A stretch of 26,521 bases of DNA from a virus (Duplodnaviria > Caudoviricetes). Made by a program: the position numbers and the translations under genes. Under the pieces are notes generated by a model. It was not told the origin of the DNA. It saw only the letters and a program-made list of their open reading frames with translations, and ran no database searches. The stretch lies in IMG/VR virus record IMGVR_UViG_3300020045_005223, positions 1 to 26,521 of that record; one strand, 5' to 3'. Within the stretch, counting starts at the first letter, position 1. Every line of letters begins with the position of its first letter. Shown here piece by piece: positions 6,931 through 16,004 of this stretch.

Positions 6931-8496
6931 ATGAGTACTATTAAAATTGGTAAGAATAAGTACCGCACAGCCTTCTCATTCACAGCAGCCGAACTCAACA
7001 CGTCTTTGAAAATCGAAGACGCGGGTATAGCATACCAAATGCCCGACACACCCGAAGAGGTTGCAGCGATGCGTGAGGTGTTTGGGTATGCGGGGGATAT
7101 GCAATTCCCTAAGAACCCTAATATCCCTTCGGACTTAATGCCTAAACCCGAAGACTTCGTACAAATCCCTTTCCGCTTACTTAGTGCCACTACGGTAGCC
7201 GCAGGAACTTGGAGAGCAACGGATTTTAGCAATGAGAACCTATTGAAAGCCTCATTAAAGAAGTTAGAGGGCAAACCAGTCTATACAGAGCATAACACTA
7301 GCCTAGATAATTGGTTAGGTATGGTGCAAAAAACGACTTGGTCAGAAGCTACCGTAATGAATGGTACAACTATCCCCGCAGGTATCAATGGGATGTTAGC
7401 TATTGACGCTAAATCAAACCCTAAAATCCTTCGTGGTATCTTAGCTAAGGGTATTTTCTCAAACTCCGTCACAGTAGTATTCGACTGGAAACCTAGCCAC
7501 ACATTTGAAGATGAATACACGTTCCGCCGTATGGTGGGGTCACTAGCGGAAGATGGCAACATGATACGCCGTGTAGTGACAGCCATTCACGACTACTATG
7601 AATCAAGCTTAGTGTTTTTGGGTGCAGACCCATACGCTAAACTCATTGACGAAGGGGGGAACTTGGTAAACGTGGATAAGGTTAATACTTACAAAGCGGG
7701 TTTAAGCTTAGATAGTGACTTAGCTAAGAGTGAGTTAGCCGAAAATAAAATGGTAATTCCTACTGGTTTATCAAAAGAAGTCGTAACTTTGTCTTCTACT
7801 AAAATCACAAAACCAACAACCCCAAACGACATTGATATGAAAAAAGAAGTCATTGACGCTATTTTGAGCCTTACGGGCTTGAAAGACGTGAACGAGGTAA
7901 CGGTTGATGTAGTGAACAAACTAACGCTTAAAGCCCATGCGGACGCCTTAGAAGGCTATAAAGCAACAGCGGAGAAAGCTATGTCCTTAGCAAAACAGGT
8001 TAGTCCTGATGCAAACGACTTCGAGGCGTTCTCAAAAGCCCATACATTTGTACCTACTACCCAATTGGAAGCCCTCAAAGCTACTGAAGTGAAAGTAACT
8101 ACCCTAGAAGCGGAAGTTACCACTTTGAAAGCAGACAAAGAAAGCCTAGCAACGAAAGCAGCCTTAGCAGATAGTATCTTAGATACCCAACGCAAGGAAG
8201 TTGAGCGTTTATACAAGGCTAACATGACCCTCAACGGTACTAACCCTAATGAGAGTGTGTTAGGTCTTATTGGTAAGGCTACAATGGAAGAACTAGACGG
8301 TTTAGCCCAACAGTACGGTGGTAACACTTTAAGCCTATTTAAAGGCAAGTGTGAGGACTGTGGTAGTGAGAAACTCTCTTTCCAATCTTCTAAAACAGGT
8401 GAGGACGAAGGCAAAACTAAGGTAGTACAGGCTAACAAGTCTGCTAGCTTAGATGATATTCGTGCTAAGTTCACACACAGCAAAGTACACGCATAA
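6931..8496 (+). CDS. Prohead protease fused to a scaffold-like coiled-coil domain
   Basis: Position ahead of the decoration and capsid genes. PVYTEH, SNSV and YESSLVFLGADP resemble the HK97/herpes-type protease fold. The C-terminal part is helical/coiled-coil and ends with CEDC. Confidence 0.7.
   Translation: MSTIKIGKNKYRTAFSFTAAELNTSLKIEDAGIAYQMPDTPEEVAAMREVFGYAGDMQFPKNPNIPSDLMPKPEDFVQIPFRLLSATTVAAGTWRATDFSNENLLKASLKKLEGKPVYTEHNTSLDNWLGMVQKTTWSEATVMNGTTIPAGINGMLAIDAKSNPKILRGILAKGIFSNSVTVVFDWKPSHTFEDEYTFRRMVGSLAEDGNMIRRVVTAIHDYYESSLVFLGADPYAKLIDEGGNLVNVDKVNTYKAGLSLDSDLAKSELAENKMVIPTGLSKEVVTLSSTKITKPTTPNDIDMKKEVIDAILSLTGLKDVNEVTVDVVNKLTLKAHADALEGYKATAEKAMSLAKQVSPDANDFEAFSKAHTFVPTTQLEALKATEVKVTTLEAEVTTLKADKESLATKAALADSILDTQRKEVERLYKANMTLNGTNPNESVLGLIGKATMEELDGLAQQYGGNTLSLFKGKCEDCGSEKLSFQSSKTGEDEGKTKVVQANKSASLDDIRAKFTHSKVHA
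7784..7791 (+). promoter_or_regulatory. Possible internal -7 promoter box (TAACTTTG) ahead of nested ATG 7837
   Basis: TAnnTTTG match followed by an A/C-rich 45-nt stretch and an in-frame ATG. No clear -33 box. Confidence 0.4.
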
Positions 8497-8510
8497 CCTT
8501 TCGGGGTTTT
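8495..8510 (+). terminator. Short TTCG-loop hairpin (weak terminator or mRNA-stabilising element)
   Basis: AACCT-TTCG-GGGTT plus TT at the protease stop. Confidence 0.4.
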
Positions 8511-8558
8511 CGTTCCATACACACAAAATTTTAATCACTTAAATTTATCAACAACAAG

Positions 8559-8984
8559 ATGAATACTTTAAGTCAAACCCCGAAGAATCCCGTTCAATTT
8601 GAAATGTGTGATAGCTTCAACAAGGCTTTTGAAGCGGCTGAAGACCTAGTAGTAGGTCAATTAGTAAAGCTTGATAGCACTGGTAAAGTATCTAAAGTCA
8701 CAGCAGAAACGGAAGTGCCTTTAGGTATCGTTATCAAAGCCGCCTTAGAAGGCAAAAAAGCGACTATCTCTACTAACTTCCGTGCTATTGTACGTGGTGG
8801 TGCTAATGGTACTATCAATGCAGGTGAAACGGTTAATTGGTCTGCTAGTCCTTCCGACCTTACCGTTTACATTGCATCTGGTGAGGGTGTTTACGTAGTA
8901 GGCATGGCACTTGAAGACATTGCAGACGAGGCTATCGGTGAAATCGGCTTGTTCTACACACCTATCTTCATCCCTGCCCCTTAG
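8559..8984 (+). CDS. Head decoration / capsid cement protein
   Basis: 141 aa, Gly/Ala/Val-rich (AAEDLVVGQLVKL...PLGIV...VGMALED), immediately upstream of the major capsid gene. Confidence 0.7.
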   Translation: MNTLSQTPKNPVQFEMCDSFNKAFEAAEDLVVGQLVKLDSTGKVSKVTAETEVPLGIVIKAALEGKKATISTNFRAIVRGGANGTINAGETVNWSASPSDLTVYIASGEGVYVVGMALEDIADEAIGEIGLFYTPIFIPAP

Positions 8985-9046
8985 TCCTAACACTAGGCTA
9001 AACTAAACCCAAACAAATCACAAATCTAAACACTCAAATAATAATC

Positions 9047-10327
9047 ATGAGTACAGAACATAAAGATTTACTTAGTCTTTCAGCAGAAAAGCGTATCGAA
9101 GCGGTACACGAGACTGTAAGCGCAGAGCAAGCAGCAGCGAAGGAAGGCAAAAAAGCGACTGTAGGCTACAGCGCAGAGGGCATCAAAAAAGCTATTGTAC
9201 AAGACTTACCGTCAGAGATGCGTAAGCTTGATGCACTCCGTAAAGGCGATGCTAAACAAGTGGCCGTAGATATTAGCTTAGGCGAGTACGCACAAGAACG
9301 TTGGGGTTTTGCCCCAGGGGAAGGTGGTACAGCAGACGGCTTTTATCGTGCGCTTGGTCTTAACGCCGCTCAAACTAGTATCTCTAGCTTGACGAACTTA
9401 GGCGATTTTGACGAAGGCTACCGTTTTCTCATTCCAGAAGTATTCCGTGAGGCTGTACGCTTAGGTTTACGCCGCCCGTCTTACTATCAAGACCTTATCC
9501 GCACAGAGGAAACCGTTTCTCAAATGCAAGTAACTATGCCGTCTATCAACATGAGTGACGCTATGGTTAAGAAAATGGGCGAGTTACAGACCTTTCAAAA
9601 AGGTACTGTTAGCTTTGGTAGCAAAGTAAGCCGTATTGAGAAACTTGGTATCGGCATTTCTATGTCAGACGAAACTGTACGTTTCTCCGCTATCAACTTA
9701 CTCTCTATCTTCTTGGAAGATGTGGGCATGAAGTTGAACATGGGCTTAGATAACATGGCGATTAAAACCTTGTTAGAAGGCGACCAAGTAGGCGGTGGTG
9801 ATAGCGTAGGCGTTATCGGTGTAACAACCGCCAACACTATGGCTTACAAAGACTTCTTACGTGTGTGGATTCGTATGCAACGCTTAGGACTTAGCCCAGA
9901 CGCTATGATTATGGGCGAAGACAGCGCAATGAACACGTTTGAGATGGCAGAGTTCAAAACGCCTTACACCCAATACGCTAATGGTACTAACCCTAGCGGT
10001 ATTGCGGCACCAGCCTTGAATATTCGCACTCCGTTGCCGAACAACCAAAACGTTATCGTACATGGTGGTTTGCCTAGCGCTAACTACATCTTGTTCGTAA
10101 ACAAGTTGAACGCTATGATTAAGTTGAATGCAGCCCCTCTCCGTGTAGAGGCAGAGCGTGAGGCAGCACGTCAAGCAGACAGCTACTACGTATCACTTAT
10201 CACAGGTTTTGCGACCTTGAAACGTGACGCTCGTTTGGTTGTAAACAAAGCGGCTACTATCAGCGCAGCTCCGTTCCCAGACTACTTCAATGTAGATGCG
10301 GTGGAACAAGAGGAAATCGCAGAGTAA
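9047..10327 (+). CDS. Major capsid protein (HK97 fold)
   Basis: 426 aa. FLIPEVFREAV, KLGIGISMSDETVR and LLEGD follow the HK97-type pattern. Position after protease and decoration genes, followed by a strong terminator. Confidence 0.85.
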   Translation: MSTEHKDLLSLSAEKRIEAVHETVSAEQAAAKEGKKATVGYSAEGIKKAIVQDLPSEMRKLDALRKGDAKQVAVDISLGEYAQERWGFAPGEGGTADGFYRALGLNAAQTSISSLTNLGDFDEGYRFLIPEVFREAVRLGLRRPSYYQDLIRTEETVSQMQVTMPSINMSDAMVKKMGELQTFQKGTVSFGSKVSRIEKLGIGISMSDETVRFSAINLLSIFLEDVGMKLNMGLDNMAIKTLLEGDQVGGGDSVGVIGVTTANTMAYKDFLRVWIRMQRLGLSPDAMIMGEDSAMNTFEMAEFKTPYTQYANGTNPSGIAAPALNIRTPLPNNQNVIVHGGLPSANYILFVNKLNAMIKLNAAPLRVEAEREAARQADSYYVSLITGFATLKRDARLVVNKAATISAAPFPDYFNVDAVEQEEIAE

Positions 10328-10343
10328 CCCTTATTAAGTAATT

Positions 10344-10381
10344 AAGACTTACACTCTATTTATTGGGGTGTAAGTCTTTTT
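10344..10381 (+). terminator. Intrinsic terminator after the capsid gene
   Basis: AAGACTTACACTCTA / TGGGGTGTAAGTCTT stem followed by a T run. Confidence 0.85.
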
Positions 10382-10396
10382 AATCCAATAAAGCAA

Positions 10397-11110
10397 ATGG
10401 CAAGTGTAACAAAAATTTGGGTGAAAGCCAAAAAAGGTTGTTCGTTCACGGACATCGGTCAAGAAATCATCATACATGGTGCTATTCCGTTTGAGGTGGA
10501 AGAGACCGCACGTATCAAGCAAGGCTTATCAAGTCGCATTATCGAAAAGATTAGCACAGAGTTAGCCGAAAAGATGCAAGCGGAAATTGACGCTAAGGAA
10601 CTTGAAGATGCTAATAAGATTCAAGCCCGTATTGAACAGAAAGCGGCTTTTGAAGCTGCTAAAACTGACGCTGATGAAGATGGTTTACCCGATGGTGATA
10701 CAGAGGACACAGCAGAAGCTAAGGCACGTTTAGGTGGTTATTCTGTAAAGGAATTACTCAATTTGGTTAATGTGCTTAACCCTTCACAAGTACCCGTACT
10801 CAAACAGGAAAAGAAACCGACTATCGTGAACTGGTTAATCGGTAATGGTGGTACAGCCGTAGAGGTTGGGTATTGTGGCGTTCCTACTAGTGCAGACCAT
10901 GTGTATTTACTAAGTGTGAATGACAACGGTGCATTAACTAGCATATTCAATGCCTACATTGGTGTTTTAAGTCAGACAGAAGGTCGTGAGCAAGATGTCA
11001 CAGACTTAAATACTCTTTATAGTGCTTGGTATGGTAACAACATGGTGATTGATTCCGTAGAACGTTGTGCCTTAGTGCTCAAAATGATTCAAACAGGTTG
11101 GACAGACTAA
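10397..11110 (+). CDS. Hypothetical multi-domain protein, probably head-associated
   Basis: 237 aa: N-terminal globular part, helical and acidic linker, HeH/Rho-N-like segment (YSVKELLNL...KKPTIVNWL), unknown C-terminal domain. Confidence 0.55.
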   Translation: MASVTKIWVKAKKGCSFTDIGQEIIIHGAIPFEVEETARIKQGLSSRIIEKISTELAEKMQAEIDAKELEDANKIQARIEQKAAFEAAKTDADEDGLPDGDTEDTAEAKARLGGYSVKELLNLVNVLNPSQVPVLKQEKKPTIVNWLIGNGGTAVEVGYCGVPTSADHVYLLSVNDNGALTSIFNAYIGVLSQTEGREQDVTDLNTLYSAWYGNNMVIDSVERCALVLKMIQTGWTD

Positions 11111-11132
11111 ACCCAACTCTTTCAAAGAAAAC

Positions 11133-11170
11133 AAAAGCCCTTACATTGCTAGACAAGGTAAGGGCTTTTT
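11133..11170 (+). terminator. Intrinsic terminator
   Basis: AAAAGCCCTTAC-A-TTG-CTAGA-CAA-G-GTAAGGGCTTTT followed by T. Confidence 0.8.
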
Positions 11171-11185
11171 ACCTAAAATAAAGCT

Positions 11186-11743
11186 ATGCCTAACCATAAC
11201 GACCCTACACTGACAGTCTATCAAATGGTACGTAACCGTGTACCGTTTCTGTTAGACACCCCCGAAAATGAAACTATTGTCAGTACCTTTACTTTCGAGG
11301 TAATGACAGAGTTAGAACGGTGCTTTGAAATAAGATACTACGGACAACCTATTGTAGAGGATTGGTCTAGGGTAGGTGATGAACAATACTACACACAAGA
11401 GCAGAAACAAATTGTTGCAGACCTTGTGGCGGTGTATGTAATTCAAATGCAAGCAGCTATAAACACAGCGGGTAGTGGTGGGAGTAACCCACTAAGTACT
11501 TTCTTGAAAAAAGCTAAGGCGGGTAGTAGCGAGGTAGAGTACGACCAGTTCAATGTTAATAATACTATCCTATTGACCTTCAAAACGGACGTGCTTGTAA
11601 ACATCTATAAGAAGGCGGCTATTAGAAAGGCTTTGTTACTAGGTTGTGTGTTTGACCTTACAGACGATGCTAGTCTAGCCTTTTGGGAAGGTCAATTCAC
11701 ACCACAACCTTTCATTGTACACCGTGATTGCGGTTGTTGCTAA
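11186..11743 (+). CDS. Putative head-tail adaptor (neck protein)
   Basis: Position after the capsid region. Helical N-terminus and LKKAKAGSSEVEY beta-hairpin motif typical of adaptors. Confidence 0.55.
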   Translation: MPNHNDPTLTVYQMVRNRVPFLLDTPENETIVSTFTFEVMTELERCFEIRYYGQPIVEDWSRVGDEQYYTQEQKQIVADLVAVYVIQMQAAINTAGSGGSNPLSTFLKKAKAGSSEVEYDQFNVNNTILLTFKTDVLVNIYKKAAIRKALLLGCVFDLTDDASLAFWEGQFTPQPFIVHRDCGCC

Positions 11744-11754
11744 ACCCCTAAGCT

Positions 11755-12195
11755 ATGGACTTACTCAATGCAGGGCAAAGAGCCCAAATACGAAGTGCTT
11801 TACAGGACGTGTTTGATACATTCCATAAGACTAGCGTAACCCTACACAAAGCAGCGTACTACGGTAGTGACGATGGCGAGGACACGGGTAAGGCTTACAC
11901 AGACTACACCTTTCTAGCCGCTGTTATCTATGGTCAAGATACTACGGACGAACTAGCACAAACAGCGCACGGGGGCTTTACCCCTAAAACTGTTACCTTA
12001 GAGATAGGGCTTGACAATTTGATAGCAGAAGGTTTGGTAGATTCAGAGAATTTACCTAAATTTGTACCTGATAATGATACATTTACAACCAACGGGGAAA
12101 CTTATGTAGTGACCTCCGCCGTAGTAGATGGTGCTTTTGAACAAAAGAACGTCCTTGCAATAGTGACAGGGCGAATTTTACCCAAACAAACCTAA
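11755..12195 (+). CDS. Putative head closure / stopper protein
   Basis: 146 aa, beta-rich, D.F..NGETYVV motif, follows the adaptor. Confidence 0.55.
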   Translation: MDLLNAGQRAQIRSALQDVFDTFHKTSVTLHKAAYYGSDDGEDTGKAYTDYTFLAAVIYGQDTTDELAQTAHGGFTPKTVTLEIGLDNLIAEGLVDSENLPKFVPDNDTFTTNGETYVVTSAVVDGAFEQKNVLAIVTGRILPKQT

Positions 12196-12197
12196 CA

Positions 12198-12731
12198 ATG
12201 AGAAAATTACTCTTACTAGCCTTTGTGCTTACACTTGTCAGTAGTTGCACTACCTACGACAAGCGGTTAAACAAGTGGTGCGCCCGTTGTCCTACTACGA
12301 CTATCACTAAGGATAGTGTTATCGTGAAAAACACCGTAACGGTAAAGGACAGTATCATACAAACACCCGCTGATAGTGCGTGGTTATTTGCTTACCTTGA
12401 ATGTGATTCGCTTGGTAGGGTATCAATCCCAAAAGAGCAATTCAAGGACGGACAAAAGACCGAAATTCAATACATACTCAAGAACAACTGGTTACAAGCA
12501 GTTTGTGTCGTGGACACCGCCCATATAGCAATTCAATGGCTCGAAAACCACAAAGAAACTTATGCTAACCATACGACAGTAGTAGAGCGCACTTTCAGAG
12601 TACCATTTGAACCCACTTGGTTTCAATTAATAGCGATGTGGTTAGGTTATTTGTGGATGTTGGCTATGTTGATACTAATACTCTTTATCATTCGGCAGAA
12701 GCTAAAAGAGAGGGCTATAAACAACCGCTAA
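12198..12731 (+). CDS. Lipoprotein with a C-terminal TM helix; candidate unimolecular spanin
   Basis: Signal peptide II MRKLLLLAFVLTLVSS-C17, beta-rich middle, hydrophobic LIAMWLGYLWMLAMLILILFII, basic tail RQKLKER. Confidence 0.65.
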   Translation: MRKLLLLAFVLTLVSSCTTYDKRLNKWCARCPTTTITKDSVIVKNTVTVKDSIIQTPADSAWLFAYLECDSLGRVSIPKEQFKDGQKTEIQYILKNNWLQAVCVVDTAHIAIQWLENHKETYANHTTVVERTFRVPFEPTWFQLIAMWLGYLWMLAMLILILFIIRQKLKERAINNR

Positions 12732-12734
12732 GAT

Positions 12735-13217
12735 ATGGCAATGATACGCACAGGCGATTGGCAGCGAGTTACAAACATCATAGCTAATCTAAATAGGGAG
12801 GCAGTAGCCGCCCATAAAGAAAGCCTTATGAAGTTTGGGTTAAAGGTTGAGGCTTTGGCAAAGAAACATATTTCTAGTCAAGACCTCAACTGGCAACCAC
12901 TAAGACCGCTAACGGTAGCAAGAAAGGTGAGAAAAGGACAATCAGAAAAGATACTAATTGCAACCTCTACCTACTTTCAATCCATTACCTCATGGGTAGA
13001 AGGTGATACCGTTTACGCAGGGGTAAAGAAAACAGCCTTAGCCGATGATGGTATCACAGAGTTAGCAGACATCGCAGCGGTATTAGAGTTTGGGTCACAG
13101 AATGGGTTAATACCCGCACGTCCTTTATGGCAACCTACCTTTGAAGAGGCTATCAAGTGGCACAAAGCCAATAACCGCCCACAAGACATTTTCCTAAGAC
13201 GTTTAAGAAGATACTAA
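12735..13217 (+). CDS. Neck / virion morphogenesis protein (HK97 gp10 or Mu gpG-like)
   Basis: WQPLRPLTVARK and IAAVLEFG...IPARPLWQP motifs. Confidence 0.7.
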   Translation: MAMIRTGDWQRVTNIIANLNREAVAAHKESLMKFGLKVEALAKKHISSQDLNWQPLRPLTVARKVRKGQSEKILIATSTYFQSITSWVEGDTVYAGVKKTALADDGITELADIAAVLEFGSQNGLIPARPLWQPTFEEAIKWHKANNRPQDIFLRRLRRY

Positions 13218-13218
13218 C

Positions 13219-13884
13219 ATGACACTATCAGAAATAGACAAAGCCCTATATGAGCATATAAGACTAGCAGTCGTAGAAGCAGGACGCTTACCCGATTGGC
13301 GTAGTATGGCGGGTACTGGTACAACCAAACAAGCTAACTACGAAGCGGCAAAGTCAGTACTTAGAACTACAGTCAGTCTAATAGAGGTCGTGTCAATCGG
13401 TAGCTTCAACTCTAAGGACGAAAAGACACTAAACCGTATCTCTATCAATCGAAAAGCTATCACTAATGGCAGCATAGGTACGGCGGGAGTACATGAGTAC
13501 ATACCCAATGGTAACAATACCTTCAATAAGCTTACTTACCCCGATAGCAGTAGCAATATAGCCTATGAGATTAGAGTAATTACCGATAAGACAGCAGACG
13601 AAAGATTATGCGGTACTATACTCAACAAGGCACTAGGTAAGAAAAGAGCTATCACACTATTTGACGATAACTTTGCACCTAATACCGCTAAGTACTTCAT
13701 GTTAGAGTTTACTGGAAGCGTGGATGTATCAAACGCCGATTTTAGAGAGGTTATTTATAATTACAGCGTCAGAGATGTATTCATTGACGAAGTAGAAGAA
13801 CTTAGTACCGTAGTACCCCTTACTACGGTCACTACCAATTTTAAGGGGAATAATATAGATTTTTCAACTACAACAACCAACTAA
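13219..13884 (+). CDS. Putative tail terminator / tail completion protein
   Basis: 221 aa, immediately before the sheath. Call rests mainly on gene order. Confidence 0.55.
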   Translation: MTLSEIDKALYEHIRLAVVEAGRLPDWRSMAGTGTTKQANYEAAKSVLRTTVSLIEVVSIGSFNSKDEKTLNRISINRKAITNGSIGTAGVHEYIPNGNNTFNKLTYPDSSSNIAYEIRVITDKTADERLCGTILNKALGKKRAITLFDDNFAPNTAKYFMLEFTGSVDVSNADFREVIYNYSVRDVFIDEVEELSTVVPLTTVTTNFKGNNIDFSTTTTN

Positions 13885-13888
13885 TAAA

Positions 13889-14443
13889 ATGGAAGGAATA
13901 GCGAGAAGCGAAACGCAAATCTTTGACCTAAGCGGTGGTGGTAACGCTAACGTTGCAGGTCTTACCGCAGTACTTGGCGTAACAGAGAGAGGGTTTATGC
14001 AAACCCCACAAGTAGTGCGTACTTGGTCAGAGTATCAAAGATATTTTGGTGGGTTAGTGTCTTACAGCACGTTCCCCTTAATGTGTAAACTAGCTCTAGA
14101 CGCTGGTTGTCCTTTGTACGTTAGCCGTATAGGTCACTACACAGACATTGAAGATAATACTACATTAGTAGGTCAAGTATCAGCAGCCTCTTACACCTAT
14201 GGCGGTTGGGGTATTGACATGGAAGCGACTAGCATCGGTACTTGGGGCGATAACCTCAATGTGGATATTTTGGCTTCTGCAAGTGGTAATACTGACACGG
14301 TGGACATTCGTGTATCTTTGTTGAATGACGACCGCTACACTTACACCGTTACAGACGTCCCTGTTACGACTACCTTAGCCGATATTGAAGACTTCAATAC
14401 TAAGAGCCGTTTTGTGAAAATCGTTTCAACCTACGGCGATTAG
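13889..14443 (+). CDS. Tail sheath protein, N-terminal part
   Basis: AVLGVTERG...VRTWSEYQRYFGG...LYVSRI and A.SIGTWGDNLNV are contractile-sheath motifs. Ends at TAG 14441-14443. Confidence 0.8.
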   Translation: MEGIARSETQIFDLSGGGNANVAGLTAVLGVTERGFMQTPQVVRTWSEYQRYFGGLVSYSTFPLMCKLALDAGCPLYVSRIGHYTDIEDNTTLVGQVSAASYTYGGWGIDMEATSIGTWGDNLNVDILASASGNTDTVDIRVSLLNDDRYTYTVTDVPVTTTLADIEDFNTKSRFVKIVSTYGD

Positions 14444-14457
14444 CCCCTACTAATGGT

Positions 14458-15429
14458 ATGGTGTTCACAGGTGGTTTAGAGGACTACTCTAACATCGCTT
14501 ATGGTGATTATGGTGGTGATGCCGTAGCTAAGAATGGCTTCCGTGCATTTGATGAATCTTTGATTTTCACACGCATTGCCATATTGGAACATACCCCTAC
14601 GCAGATTGTGAAACAGCAGGAAATGCTTATCGCATACGCAGAGGAAGTACAACGTATGAACTTCTTTCCTTGCCCATTGGGTCTTACTGGTTATGAGGCC
14701 GTTGATTTCCGTAACCGTGAGGGTACATATACTGGCAGCCCTAAACCTAACTCATGGTTAAGTCGTCTTATCTACGGTGATGTCAATATCAAACACCCTA
14801 CTACTGGCGCAACCGTATTAGTATCTGCTATCGCCCATTGGTTGGGTAACGCCGCTAAGAAGGATAAAAACACTAAGAAAATATGGTTGTCAGAAGCAGG
14901 TCAAAAGCGTGGACGCATTGCAGGTACATTAGGTATCAACTACAACTTAGGTACAGCAGCCCGCCGAGAGGAAGCTAATGCAGTTGATAGTGCAGGTATT
15001 AGCATGGCTATCAAACACGACAAATACGGTATGGTGTGTTGGGGTAATGGTACGTTATCAGTAGGCACTAGCTTATTGCGTCACGCTAACATTGCAGAGC
15101 TTATCCTTGAAGCTACACGTATTACGAATAGAATCAATGAGGGTGAACTTTTTGACCCTAACAGCGTACAAACTTGGAAAAGAATCTATCGCTCCGTGGT
15201 TAAAGAGATGCAAGATATTCAAGACGGGGAAGGGCTTTACAAGTACATTTACGAAGGCGACCAAAACGCAGACACCGTAGAAGAAGCTACTGTAAATACT
15301 CAAGATAGTATTGCTAATGGTGAGTATGACTACAACTTGTACTTATTCCCTACACCTGCTTTGAAGTACATTAGATGTCGCATGAATGTCACAGCGTTAG
15401 GTACTAGAGTCACTGTAGAAGAAGTTTAA
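14458..15429 (+). CDS. Tail sheath protein, C-terminal part (different frame from the N-terminal part)
   Basis: FTGG.ED, W.SEAG..RG, VCWGNGTL, LFDPN...TWKRI and PTPALKYI are sheath C-domain motifs. This frame is open from 14404. Confidence 0.8.
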   Translation: MVFTGGLEDYSNIAYGDYGGDAVAKNGFRAFDESLIFTRIAILEHTPTQIVKQQEMLIAYAEEVQRMNFFPCPLGLTGYEAVDFRNREGTYTGSPKPNSWLSRLIYGDVNIKHPTTGATVLVSAIAHWLGNAAKKDKNTKKIWLSEAGQKRGRIAGTLGINYNLGTAARREEANAVDSAGISMAIKHDKYGMVCWGNGTLSVGTSLLRHANIAELILEATRITNRINEGELFDPNSVQTWKRIYRSVVKEMQDIQDGEGLYKYIYEGDQNADTVEEATVNTQDSIANGEYDYNLYLFPTPALKYIRCRMNVTALGTRVTVEEV

Positions 15430-15465
15430 CCCTATCCAATAACGCTTTAAACCCATAAATATACA

Positions 15466-15918
15466 ATGGCAACAGCAAACCCTAGAAAAGTATTCAACTT
15501 TCAAGTCGAAATAGACGGACTTGTTCAGTTTGAAGTTCAGAAATGTAACATACCTGAACCCGAAATTGAAAGCGTGTCACACGGTGCCAGTAACCATGAT
15601 GTAAAGACCGCTGGACGTATTAGCTTTGGTGATATTACCTTAGAGAAATTACGTGCCGTAGAAACTACTAACGATTTTGGTTATGAGTGGCTAACACAAG
15701 CACAAAACCCTGTTACTGGTGGGGGTGGTTTACCCGCCCAATACAAGCGTAACGTGGTTATTCGTGAGTTAGCGCCTAACAATATCACAACTATCAACCA
15801 ATGGATGTGTGAGGGTGCTTGGTGTAAGAAGACTAGTTACACTACAAGTGACCGCATGGCAGGTGATAACTCTATTGAAACTTGTACGATTAGCGTGGAT
15901 AAGTGTTACCCGTTCTAA
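15466..15918 (+). CDS. Tail tube protein (T4 gp19-like)
   Basis: NPRKVFNFQVEIDG...GRISFGDITLEK...W.CEGAW...IETCTISVD, directly after the sheath. Confidence 0.85.
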   Translation: MATANPRKVFNFQVEIDGLVQFEVQKCNIPEPEIESVSHGASNHDVKTAGRISFGDITLEKLRAVETTNDFGYEWLTQAQNPVTGGGGLPAQYKRNVVIRELAPNNITTINQWMCEGAWCKKTSYTTSDRMAGDNSIETCTISVDKCYPF

Positions 15919-15971
15919 CAAATAGTTTCAAAGAGTAAAACAAATCGTTTCATACTCAAACAAATACACTT

Positions 15972-16004
15972 AAACCCTTAGTAATTAATTTGCTAAGGGT
16001 TTTT
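15972..16004 (+). terminator. Intrinsic terminator after the tube gene
   Basis: AAACCCTTAGTAA / TTGCTAAGGGTTT stem followed by a T run. Confidence 0.85.

Noticed and set aside
8981-9001. Bulged hairpin TTAG(T)CCTA-ACAC-TAGGCTAA before the capsid gene as a terminator
   Set aside because: No T tract follows. At most it is an mRNA processing or stability element.
14441-14443. TAG reassignment or readthrough as the explanation for the split sheath
   Set aside because: The continuation is in a different frame, and TAG is a normal stop at 6790, 8982, 16987, 22096 and 22545.
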